Part shown: in pieces, positions 12,037 through 21,769 of the stretch
How positions within the stretch are numbered: the first letter of the stretch is position 1
Layout of the letters: each line of letters opens with the position of its first letter
From: Vicugna vicugna
Lineage: Eukaryota
Length of the DNA stretch: 64,000 bases
Direction of reading: 5' to 3'
Assembly: GCA_013265495.1 (NCBI GenBank)
Contig: MU057724.1
Span: 808,001-872,000 of the forward strand
The notes under the pieces: generated by a model
Seen by the model: the letters and a program-made list of their open reading frames with translations, nothing else
Told to the model about the DNA's origin: nothing
The model's database searches: none
Position numbers and translations under genes: made by a program

Positions 12037-12270
12037 CAGCCCCACAGTTCTCCAGATCTGGGGTGTCTGAGGTTCCTGCGGGGAGTCTGATAAAATGCCG
12101 ATACCAGGACTCCAGCTCCAGAAACCCTGAATCAGTGGTCCTGAGCTGTCGTCTGGGAATTTCTTCTTTGCTAAGGGCTCCTTGACTTGCGCTGACACGC
12201 AGAGTCATGCTTTATTGGATGGGCATAATCTGCAGGCTCCCTCCAACCAAACTTGGGAACAAGCTACCGT
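12037..12270. mobile_element. MER5A-like hAT-Charlie DNA transposon
   Basis: taaaatgccgataccaggactccagctccagaaaccctgaatcagt motif. Confidence 0.6.
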
Positions 12271-12545
12271 GCGCAGCTCTAGCTGGACCTTCAGGTGTGA
12301 AAACTCAGGGGCCTGGGAGAGTGTGTGGGTGATTCCGGAACCCAAACCACGTAACACAGAGAAGTTATTTCAAATGGGGCAGGGTTAGGAGTTGAACATG
12401 CGTAACCAGTCGACTCCAGTGTTTGGAGGGAGAGCTGGAGTTTGGAAGGGTTTTCCATTTTGGCAGACAATTTTCTCCTACATCCTCAAATGTTAACGAT
12501 TACCCAAAACTGCTCATTTTAAGTTAAAATGTATTTGTTTTTCAG

Positions 12546-12920
12546 TTCCTAATTCATTCGTGACCTATGTTAGAGATAAATGTAATTTAAAAGAATGATT
12601 GTTTTTCTTCATGTATCTCCATTGCACACCTGTCGTAAAAAATGCACATTGTGCTTCTTTGGTAATAATATTTCTTTTTTGTCATTGCATCTCAGAGCAA
12701 TAGCTGTCAAAATAAATATGGCTGTAAAATCATTTAATTTGCAAAAATTGCAGTTGTTGAATTCAGTCATTGTAGACTGAGACTCTTGTCATGGGGTTGG
12801 TGCAGGATTCAAAATTTTTGGGATTTTGGGATGATTACATAGTGCTTATGCACTGTTATTCCCGGGATCTAAGCACATTATTGCTGCTGCAAGAGCACAG
12901 GGTGCAGAAAAGAGGAGATT
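12546..12920 (+). pseudogene. Pseudo-exon 4 (VPNSFVTYVRDK...NISFLSLHLRAIAVKINMAVKSFNLQKLQLLNSVIVD*DSCHGVGAGFKIFGILG*LHSAYALLFPGSKHIIAAARAQGAEKRRL)
   Basis: acceptor tttgtttttcag, donor GTAAGT at 12921; phase-1 entry matches exon 3; one frameshift and two TGA (12778, 12832). Confidence 0.6.
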
Positions 12921-13049
12921 GTAAGTAGCCTCACATTTGGATCAAGTTTTGAATTGCATGATTATCTAAGTAAATCACTGTCTTCAGAATCAGAAATTAA
13001 GAACTTCAGAAAAAGGACTGTAGACATTTGTAGAGCATCTTATTCTATT

Positions 13050-13900
13050 TTCCCCACCAAAACATATTTAACTGATTGTACTATTTTTCTTTGTTTACCT
13101 TTGTAACTTTAAATATACCTGTGTTTCTACCAGATATCTTAGCAGCATTTAACTACATCTCTGCCAACCGGCTATTTTAAAAAATTGAGGAAACCTGAGT
13201 TGTACAGAAACTACATTTTCCCCCTTCCATTGTGAGCAATTTTATATAATTTCTACATTGTCAAGATCTACAATTTTTACATTTTTTTCTGTAACCATAA
13301 TTACTGCATTTATTTCAGAGTTTAGGCAAACAAGTCACGTACTCCATATCCGTGCTGGAATTTTGCCATAATCATTTAATTCACTAATTTGTTGGCTGAG
13401 GTTCGTTCTCTAATAGTTTCCCGAAGAATAACTTATGGAAACAAGACTCCCCAGGCTCTCACATGCCTGTGTGTGGGTCCTTAATTCTGACTCTGTCTTG
13501 CACTGTTGTTTGGCTGTGCTGGAAGTTCTTGGACCATTCTTCTTCCCCTGAGGACTTTGTGGGCACTGTTCTAAGGTCGTCCAGCCTCGAAGACTGCACA
13601 TATAGCTGGACTCTGCCTTTTTCTTTCTTTGTAAGAAGAGCAACATTTTATGTAACTATTCAAATTATTATTTGTGAAGTAAATTCAGGGAGCCATCTTA
13701 GTGTTGCTTGTTTCATGCCATTTCCCCTCCTGCATTTACAGCGTTTCTTTTAAATGCAAAGATTTGAGTAATTCTTTATATCTGGAGATCTTCCTTTCAT
13801 GGTGTAGGGAATTTTGTTTGTTTGTTTCATTTTTCTGGTTCTTTTCTCGGACACAGATGTGTATTTGAGTTCCATTTTCCCTTTTATTTTTGTGTTTTCT
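13050..13900 (-). mobile_element. Old L1M/HAL1-like fragment
   Basis: ttggctgtgctggaagttcttggaccattcttcttcccctgagg-type motif; heavily diverged. Confidence 0.4.
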
Positions 13901-13904
13901 GATA

Positions 13905-14915
13905 ATACTTTAAAAATTAAAACAGAATTTACGTACTGTAAAATCTACTCTTTTAAACTGTATAATTCAGTGAATTTTAGTATGTTTGCAAAGTTGTGCA
14001 ACGTTCACCATTACCTAATTCCAATTTCATCACCCTCCAAGCAAACCGCATTCACGTTCACGCTCACCTCTCCCTGCTCCCTCCACCCAGACCGTGGTAA
14101 CCACAAATCCACTCGCTGCTTAGTCTGGACATTGTGAGTGGTTAATCGTACAGGCTCTCTTAGTTGCCATAAGGTTCTAAACGTCCATCCACACTGTCAG
14201 GTGTATTTGTACCTTCTCCTTCTTCGTGGCTGAGTGTTAGTCTACTTGTGGATGCATCACAGTTGTTTTGTTCACTCATCCGTTCACGCACATTTGGGTT
14301 GTTTCCACTTTTTGACTATTGCGAATAACACCGGTATGAACATGCATGCGTGAGCTTTTGTGTGAAATTGTGCTTATTTCTCTTGGTTTTGTACCTAGGA
14401 GTAGACTTGCTGGGTCCGTTGGTGACTGTTCAACTTTCTGAGAAACTGACAGACTGTTTTCCAAAGCACTGCACAAGTTTCTGTTCCCAGTGGAGATTTA
14501 TGAGGGTTCTAGTTGTCCCACATCCTTGCCAACACTTGTATTTCCCTGATGACTAATGATGTGGAACATCTTTCCACAGGCTTATTGGCCAGTTTTATAC
14601 TTTTTTGAAGAAATTTCTATTCAAAGTCTTTATACACTTTCAGTTGGGTTGTCTTTTTATTGTTGCATTTTAGTGTCCTTTATATATTTTAGTTACTAGA
14701 TCAATTAAATGATTTGCAAACATATTCTCTCATTCTGTGGGCTGTCTTTTTACTTTGTTGGCAATGTCCTTCGAAGCACAAAAGTTTTGATTTTAATAAA
14801 AAGCCCAGTTTATCTTTAAAACATTTCCCCCTGATTGTTTGTGGTTCTGGGATTGTGGGTAAGTAGCTGCTGCCTGATGAAGATTTCTCCCTGTGCTCCT
14901 TCTAAGAGCTGAGTG
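13905..14915 (-). mobile_element. L1MB-like 3' end plus ORF2 end
   Basis: tataattcagtgaattttagtatgtttgcaaagttgtgcaac...atttccctgatgactaatgatgtggaacatcttt...tttgcaaacatattctc. Confidence 0.85.
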
Positions 14916-14919
14916 CCTC

Positions 14920-15510
14920 ACAGGCTTTTCCTGGTCACGCGAACATGGCCGTCTAAATTTCCAGGGGCATAGCAAAGCTTTTCAAACGTCTGTGGAGCTC
15001 TCTTTCCCCAGCTTTTCCTTTTAAGCTTTTTGGTTACCCTAATTTCTCCCAGCTGTTATTCCCTGCCTCTGGCACCTGCCATGTGAAATGATTGCTTCTG
15101 ACTGTTTTTGTCAAACACCTCCAAGGAAACACTGTTCAGGCTCCTGCAGGACGAACTCTGAGTCAGATCAACAGCCTTGGGGGTGGGGTCTTCGGGAGAA
15201 CCACCAGAAAGTCAAAACAAGCAAAATTCCTTGGAAATGCAGCTCCGGAGGAGCTCAAAGTCTGTTGTGCCTTCTCAGGTCACTGCAAGGCTGTTGGTTT
15301 TCACCGTGATGGCAGGTGTTGTCAAGCCTCATATAGAACTGGGGAGAGGAGTATGGGAATGGATGTTGAACTGCCACAAAGTTTATATTCTTAACAATAA
15401 TTAGTCCTTTTTTTAAAAAGAATAAGTGTTTGGTTAATTTCTAAAGTTCTGAAAAAGTCGATTCTGACAGTGTTTGTGATTATTCTCATGGCTTTCATGA
15501 AAGAGAGTAG
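14920..15510 (-). mobile_element. L1M4-like 5' region fragment
   Basis: tttggttaatttctaaagttctgaaaaagtcgattctgacagt motif. Confidence 0.5.
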
Positions 15511-16264
15511 AACAGTGTCTTGTAATGACCTATGATGGAAAAGACTCTGAGAAAGAATAGGTAAATATATATATTTAAAACAGACAAAAGCATAGCTTTC
15601 CTTTGTCTAGGTTCTTTACGTTAAATGAGAATCAGGGCGGGTTCCTTGTTAGCCTCGCCCCTGTTGCTGTCACCACCGTAGACGGGTCTGCTGGCTTGCA
15701 GCTCAGTCTGCACCGCTTCCCAGGCACAGGGTGACCCACTGACCTTGTCTGAAATCCACGAACTTCTGTGCGTGTCTCTGTGCACGTCTCTTTCGTCTTC
15801 ACTGTTTTCACTTTTTACCTTCCTTTCCTCCTATTTTGTGGTCCATAGGTTAAAAAGTCTCTGAGCTTTACTGGAGACTGATTGTTCAGTTCTGCTTTTC
15901 CCCTGTCTTGCTTACCTTAGATGAATTTCAGGAGGAAGGAGTATTGTAAGACGTGACTTTATGTTGCCATATTAAAACGGGCATTTCCAGTCCTAGCTTA
16001 TGTTAACTTCATATACTACCAGGAAAAAGTAATTAACTTTAGCATTTGGAATACACATGTGCAAGATCATCACACTGGAATGCATGCTTGAATTTGGATC
16101 ACCACAGGATTAATTAATTGGAATTATCTGCTTAAAATATCTTGTTAGGCCCCTTGGGACCAATAATTATTTATATAACATCTTTTCTGGGCTAGAACTT
16201 AAGGCTGCAATTAAACATTGAGTGGTTTACATGACGATAGAACATATAAATCTGAGTCTACATT

Positions 16265-16520
16265 ATAGTTTAGCTTTGGAGCTATAAATTCAGACTGTAT
16301 CTGTCAAAATCTCACCTTTAACCATTTCTGTGTGACTTGGAAGAATTTCTGAGTTGAAATCGCACTTTTCTAATCTTCAGGATAGGAATAATCAAAAAGA
16401 AGCCCCAAAGCTATCACTTGGGTTGATTGTAATGTAATGAAATAACACACCTACAGCTTCTAAGCCGGTGACTGGCATGTAATACACACGTCACGCATTT
16501 GAGCTGATTTATAGTTAGCT
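16265..16520 (+). mobile_element. MIR SINE
   Basis: tgtgtgacttggaag...ggataggaataat...actggcatgtaata; diverged MIR core. Confidence 0.55.
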
Positions 16521-16659
16521 GTTTTAATGTGTATGGAACATGCAGAGTAGGAACATGTTCTAACCAAGTGGGTTAATTAGCTAGAGATTTTTAGGTGCAG
16601 AGTTTTCTATTTTTATAAATGTAAATATTTTTTAAATGCTGTAAATACTCTATCGGCAG

Positions 16660-17082
16660 GAAAGCGGTAGTGTTTGCCTCTTGCAGAGGCATCGCCCGTG
16701 TGTCCTTGATCTTCACAGTGAGCCAGTGAGGTGTGCAGATCAGGTGGGAAGAGAAATAACAGGAACACAGGTGTATTTCTCCATCGCTCTGTGTAAAACA
16801 GCGTGTGGGGATGGGCTTCACCGACACTGCCATGAAGGTGGAGTCAGCGTGGTGAAGTGGAGAACATTCTGGTTTTGGAGGCAGACAGACCCAGACCTGG
16901 CCTTGTCAGCCTGCTGGCGGTGAGATCTTCAGCAGGTTACCTGACACCTCTGAATTCCATCTCTTATATGCCAGTGGTAACAAGACTGTCTCATCCCGCA
17001 GGTGACTGAGAAAACTCTTAGTTACTTCCCCCCATTCTTCTGGGTTTCACGCTGCTGATGATTCCAAGGCAAACATGTTTAG
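16660..17082 (+). pseudogene. Pseudo-exon 5 region (KAVVFASCRGIARVSLIFTVS...TQVYFSIALCKTACGDGLHRHCHEG [MIR] ...ILLGF...DDSKANMF)
   Basis: phase-2 entry at ggcag/G matches exon 4; donor TAG/GTAATT at 17083; frameshifts; MIR in the middle; internal boundaries uncertain. Confidence 0.4.
16840..17016 (+). mobile_element. MIR SINE
   Basis: gtcagcgtggtgaagtggagaacattctggttttggaggcagacagacc...caggttacctgacacctctgaattcc. Confidence 0.7.
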
Positions 17083-17255
17083 GTAATTATTTTCTTTACT
17101 GATCCTAAGACCAGGGAAGCCACAACTGAAATGATTTAACGTTAGGTGGATAGTGTCAAGGAATGTTAAGAGTAATTGAATTTTTAAAAAATGGGGTTGA
17201 TAATGTAGACTGCCCACTTCCTGGAAAGCACTTGCTTTCTCGGGCCAGCATCCAG

Positions 17256-17327
17256 CACAGAGCTTGGGGTGCTCAGTGATGCTTTTGAACCAATACCCTT
17301 GTCTGTCAAAGCCAAGGTCAGCTCAAG
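17256..17327 (+). pseudogene. Pseudo-exon 6 (STELGVLSDAFEPIPLSVKAK[VSS])
   Basis: acceptor atccag; open frame in phase 2 matching exon 5; candidate donors at 17317 (GTCAGC) or 17328 (GTCATG). Confidence 0.4.
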
Positions 17328-17693
17328 GTCATGACTCGGTTGGGGAAGGGGCACTCCCCAGGTGCTTCCATGCAGAGGCTGAGGCTGGGGTGCGTGGTGG
17401 GGTCACCCTCGGGAACAGCTGTTGCTACTTCCGAGTGGAGATAGGCAGAGAGGCAGGGACTCCCTGACCTGGCTTCCTGGGGCTGCCCTAATCAAAGACC
17501 ACAAGCTGACGGCTGGAAGCAACACTGATTTACTCACGCACAGTTCTAGGGCTCAGGGGCCCAGGGCTACCGTCGGGAGGCTGGCAGGACTGTGCTCCTC
17601 CCGGAGGCCCTAGGGGAGAGTTCGTTTCCTTGCCCTTGTCCAGCTCCCAGAGGCTGCCCGTGTGCCTTGGTCGTGGCCGCCTTCCCCTGCACC

Positions 17694-18109
17694 TGTTGTG
17701 GAGAATAGCTTCTTGTCTGGATCAGGAAAGAATTCAAGAGCGAGGCATAATAAAGTGAAAAGAGGTTTATTCAGGAGAAACACAGCCCACAGACAAGTGT
17801 GGGCCATCTCTGAAGGCAAGAGAGAGACCATAAGGTGTGGGGTTGTTGGTTTTATGGGCTTGGTAATTTCCAGTAGGAGGACTGTTCCAGCTATTGGGGG
17901 AAGGGGCAGGGGTTTCCAGGAATCGGGCCCCCGCCCACTTTTTGACCTTTTTTGGTCAGCCTAGGGACTGTCACGGTGCCTGTGGGTGTGCATGAGGCTC
18001 AGGATCCACTGGAAGTCGAGTCTTCCACCATCCTGTTCTAACCAGTTTGTCCTCAATTGCTGTGTCACTCCTTCATGGGTGCTGCCCTGTCCCCTTCCCT
18101 CCTGTCTCA
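17694..18109 (-). mobile_element. ERV1-class solo LTR (416 bp)
   Basis: TG...CA termini; 4-bp TSD CACC at 17690-17693 and 18110-18113; AATAAA on minus strand. Confidence 0.85.
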
Positions 18110-18280
18110 CACCCAAACACAGCGCAGAGTGCTGAGTCCTCACGACGATCATCCCGCATCCAGTCGTCAGGGCCCTGTGGTCACTTCAGAGCCACTCGAA
18201 TAACCCAGGATAATTTCCCATCTCCAGGTAGTTCACTGAATCACATTTGCAAAGTCTCTCTGCCATTACGTAGCATGTGT

Positions 18281-18804
18281 GCTGGAAACAACCTAAATGT
18301 CCATTGATAGGTGACTGGATAAAGAAACTGTGGTACATTTATACAATGGAATACTACTCAGCCATAAAAAAGAATGAAATGATGCCATCTGCAGCCACAT
18401 GGATGGACCTGGAGATCAACATTCTAAGTGGAGTAAGCCAGACAGAGAAGGAAAAATACCATATGAGATCACTCATATGTGGACTCTAAAGAAAATGACA
18501 CAAATAAGCTTATTTACAAAAGAGAAATACACTCATAGACACAGAAAACAAACTTATGGTTACCGGGGGGAAAGGGAAGGGGGTGAGAAGGGATAAACTG
18601 GGAGCTGGAGATTTCAGATTCTAACTACTACATAGAAAACAGGTAAACAGGTTTCTTCTGTGCAGCACAGGCAGCTCTAGCAGTAGTCACCTATATTGCA
18701 GAAGAATATGAGCAGGAATAATGTAAGTGTGTGCATGGCTGACACATGAGGCTGTGCACCAGACATCGACCCAACATTGTAACTGACCACACTTCAATAA
18801 AAAA
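18281..18804 (+). mobile_element. 5'-truncated camelid L1 (ORF2 C-terminus + 3'UTR)
   Basis: WKQPKCPLIGDWIKKLWYIYTMEYYSAIKKNE is the L1 ORF2 end; ends cttcaataaaaaa. Confidence 0.92.
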
Positions 18805-19003
18805 GCAGCATTTTGCAGCTTCCAGGGATGAGTATATGAGCGTCTTTGAGGGGACGTTGCCTGCCTACCGCCGAGCTCTGGAGCAAAGATAAATTACGTT
18901 AGCCCGGAGCCTGGGTGCGAGGCTAGGGCGCCTCCCTGCACAGCAGCAGGAGTGGAAAGCTACCTGCTGTGCCTTCCGCTGACTCTCACCTGTTTCCTTC
19001 CAG

Positions 19004-19126
19004 ACCAAAGCAGCGCCGATCAGCTCTGAGCGTCCTCAGGCACGTAGGCACCACGCTGCAGGCACCCCTCACACGTCAGTGTACTTCTTCCAGCTGCTCC
19101 AGATTTAGAAAGTGTTTATGCCTAAA
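19004..19126 (+). pseudogene. Pseudo-exon 7 (PKQRRSALSVLRHVGTTLQAPLTRQ / VLLPAAPDLESVYA*)
   Basis: strong acceptor ctgactctcacctgtttccttccag with branch-point-like ctgac; donor AAA/GTGAGT at 19127. Confidence 0.6.
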
Positions 19127-19610
19127 GTGAGTTTAAGGACAATTGGAAGCAATTACTGCCTTGCCGTACTTTTCAGAAATACAATACAGTGAAAGGAATG
19201 AGGGGAGGGTGGTTCTCGGGGGAATAACTGCCTTTTAGGGCAGAGTCCCCTGGTAGCCGGTCTACCTTCCAGTGATAATCGTCTCCCACCGAGTCCGAGA
19301 TGGCTTGTCAACCGCTCTGTGAATTTAACACCGTGCAGGGCACTCGCTCCCCTGCAGACTGTCCGCTGAGACAAGTCTGTCAGCTCTGCTCCTCCGTGCT
19401 TCCCTCCCAGGCCCGCGTTTTCCAGCGACTGTAGGTGGTGAGAGGGCCGAGGACCCCCCCTCCTGAGTATTCGAGCAGTCAGGTAGGAAGTGGCACTTTC
19501 AGGACTCCTGGGAGAGCTTAAGACCCAGCGTTGGCTTCCCTACATGAACAGCTGCCCAGAGCACACATTTAAAGTCAGCCAAGTTTTTTTTCTCTCTGCA
19601 TCTGCCTTAG

Positions 19611-19747
19611 ACCTTCCAAGCTCCTCCCGAGTCTCATCTCATCGTGCGTCTGTGTCCTCGCGTGTTTCTCCGGGTCTGCTCAGACGCACCTGCACGCACA
19701 CCCGACACAGCCACCCTCTCTCGCTTTTACAAAGCGGGGCTTGCAAG
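19611..19747 (+). pseudogene. Pseudo-exon 8 (LPSSSRVSSHRASVSSRVSPGLLRRTCTHTRHSHPLSLLQSGACK)
   Basis: acceptor ttttttttctctctgcatctgccttag; donor AAG/GTATCA at 19748; open, phase 1-0. Confidence 0.55.
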
Positions 19748-19833
19748 GTATCATTCCTTTTGCTTTGCCTTATGAACAGCAAGGTGAGGCTGAAGTTCCT
19801 GTTGAAGGAAGCATTTTTCCCCTTTATTTTCAG

Positions 19834-19906
19834 GATCAACTCCAAGAATTCAAGGACATGGGGGTCTGAGTTAGGACTGGATGCAAGTAGTAAATTCCGT
19901 AGGAGG
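19834..19906 (+). pseudogene. Pseudo-exon 9, TIR N-half (DQLQEFKDMGV*V / LDASSKFRR)
   Basis: acceptor tttttcccctttattttcag after an 86-nt intron; donor GG/GTAATT at 19907; resembles the TIR LxxxGxxVWxD motif. Confidence 0.55.
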
Positions 19907-20002
19907 GTAATTGTGTTTGTTCGTTTGGTGTCAGCGAATGAAGGCGCCAAGAGAAACTCAAACCGCTTCCTGGGAAGTCAGTCAGCCGAGCCGCCCCTCC
20001 AG

Positions 20003-20258
20003 GCCTGCTGGTCCAGCAGGAGGCGCAAGCTGTCTCCCTCTGGGCTGCTGTTTTCTGCCAAAGTGAGTTAACAACCCAATTACAAATCATCTGAAGTCAG
20101 TTTAAATGTGCTTTGCAAGTAAAGTCAACACACTTCCAGTGGTGGTGGGGTTGGAGGTAGTTCCCGCGTCCAGACAGTTTGGGGCTGTATCACCTGCCAT
20201 CTGTTACAGCCTGTTCCACCTTAACCAGCCTTGAAATGTTTAGAAGTGAATTGTCAAA
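20003..20258 (+). pseudogene. Pseudo-exon 10, TIR C-half (GLLVQQEAQAVSLWAAVFCQSELTTQLQII*SQFKCALQVK / NTLPVVVGLEVVPASRQFGAVSPAICYSL)
   Basis: acceptor ccgcccctccag after a 96-nt intron, phase 1; colinear with recalled TIR_2 pattern GSxLxAMAxAVExAxVVLICMSxxYxxSxxCRxExxYAxxLxKxIIPxxxExxYxPxGWLGxLxxxxLY; abuts an L1 at ~20258. Confidence 0.65.
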
Positions 20259-20625
20259 GAATCTAAAAAAGCTGAATTGGTGAAAACAGAGAGTAAAGCG
20301 GGGGTTACCGGGGGTGTAGGGTGGGGCAAGAGGAGAGATGCTTTTCATGGTATAAACTTGGAACGGGTAGTAAATAAACCCTAGCGATCTAACGCACGGC
20401 ACAGAGAATATGGGCAAAAACATCGCATTGTAATCACCAAGAGGCTAGACCTCAACCATTCCCACCACAGAAAGGAAATTTTAACTGTGTAACTGAATCG
20501 AAGTGCTGACTGTTGCTGCAGTGGCAGTCACATTACAACACATCAACGTATCAAATCAACACGGTGTACACCTTCAACTTACACAATGCTATATATCAAA
20601 TATATTTCCATAAAAAGTAAATTTT
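20258..20625 (+). mobile_element. L1MA-like 3' end
   Basis: gaatctaaaaaagctgaa...tatcaaatcaacacggtgtacaccttcaacttacacaatg. Confidence 0.85.
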
Positions 20626-20739
20626 AAAAAGTCAAGTCATTCTTTGCAATTTTCCCTTCCTTTCAGCAGTTTATTTTCCATTTTGTAAAAATCTGAAAAT
20701 TACTTTTCCCCTTAAATATTTTTCTTTTCTTTTCATTCT

Positions 20740-20933
20740 TTTCCTCCCTCCCTCCCTTCCTCTCTCCCTCCCTTCCTCTCTCCCTCCCTTCCTCTCTCCC
20801 TCCCTTCCTCTCTCCCTCCCTTCCTCTCTCCCTCCCTTCCTCTCTCCCTCCCTTCCTCTCTCCCTCCCTTCCTCCCCCTTCCTTCCTTCCTTCCTTCCTT
20901 CCTTCCTTCCTTCCTTTCTTTCTTTCTTCCTTC

Positions 20934-20964
<31 letters not shown>

Positions 20965-21023
20965 TCCTTCCTTCCTTCCTTCCTCCCTCCCTTCATTCCT
21001 TCTTTCCTTTCCTTCTTTCTCTC
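20740..21023. repeat. Compound polypyrimidine repeat: (TCCCTCCCTTCCTCTC)n, (TTCC)n, (TTTC)n
   Basis: directly visible. Confidence 0.97.
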
Positions 21024-21056
21024 TTGGCAGTATTGTTCCCATCCACTCTTCCCCAC

Positions 21057-21375
21057 CCATACAATTTAAATGGACTAAAGATTGAATGGAAGACCATCTC
21101 AAATCATAAAACGCCTAGAAGACAACATAGGTGGTAGGTTCCTTGATGTTGATGTTGGCGATGACTTTAGGATTTGACACACAAAGCAAGGGCAACAGAA
21201 GCAAAAGTAAATAAGTAGGACGACATAAGACTTCTGCACAACAAAGGAGACCGTCAACAAAATGAAAGGGAACTACTGAATGGGAGAGAATATTTGCCAG
21301 TCAGATACCTCACTATCGGTTAATAACCATAATACACACACACAAAAAGTCACAAAACTCAATAGGAAAATAACC
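21057..21375 (+). mobile_element. L1 ORF2 fragment
   Basis: aaatggactaaaga...ctagaagacaacatagg...gaatgggagagaatatttgcca. Confidence 0.8.
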
Positions 21376-21543
21376 CTCCAACCCCCCCCCCCAAAACCTG
21401 ATCCCTGATGCCTACAAGGTTGAACACAGACTCAGACTAACTTATGTCGTAGTATACGGGGCCACAGATGGGCATAATTATTACGTTAAGCTTGCAAAAT
21501 CTGAAATAGTCAGAGCAACGCTGACTGTTACACTCAGGGTAGC

Positions 21544-21740
21544 TGTTATGGCCAAACTGCATCTCCTCAAAGTCCATGGGTGGAGAGGATGGAGAGCGGC
21601 AAGGGGAGGGTCCTCAGAGGAAGCCGGCAGACTGCAGGACTGCCATCGCTGACTTCCCGCCCCCAGAATGGGACAAAATAAGCGTCTGGTGCTGAAGGCA
21701 CCCAGCCTGTGGGACTTGGCTGAGACAGCCTTGGCAAAAT
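21544..21740 (+). mobile_element. MLT1A/B-like LTR, internally deleted
   Basis: tgttatggccaaactg...gacttcccgcccccagaatgggacaaaataagc...cagccttggcaaa. Confidence 0.65.
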
Positions 21741-21769
21741 GGTTAATGTGGTTGTTTTCGTGTAGGTAT

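Larger units (their letters stand above)
17465..18872 (-). mobile_element. MLT1 (MaLR) LTR split by two younger insertions
   Basis: ttcctggggctgccctaatcaaagaccacaagctg..., resumes at 18110 (aatcacatttgcaaagtc) and at ~18805. Confidence 0.8.
9302..20258 (+). pseudogene. Putative intron-containing pseudogene of an ARM-repeat + TIR domain gene (about 10 exon remnants)
   Basis: chain of AG/GT-bounded segments with mostly compatible phases and near-open frames; last exons translate to a TIR_2-like motif series; multiple stops and frameshifts. Confidence 0.6.

Noticed and set aside
19490..20071. 193-aa ORF as a single-exon gene, or 19834-20062 as one open exon ending at GTGAGT
   Set aside because: Non-ATG start and it runs through polypyrimidine tracts; the TIR-like match lies in other frames with an intron at 19907-20002. 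The 20063 donor could still be used by a non-coding transcript
20671..21102. K/E/R/G-rich ORFs on the minus strand
   Set aside because: Translation of a microsatellite
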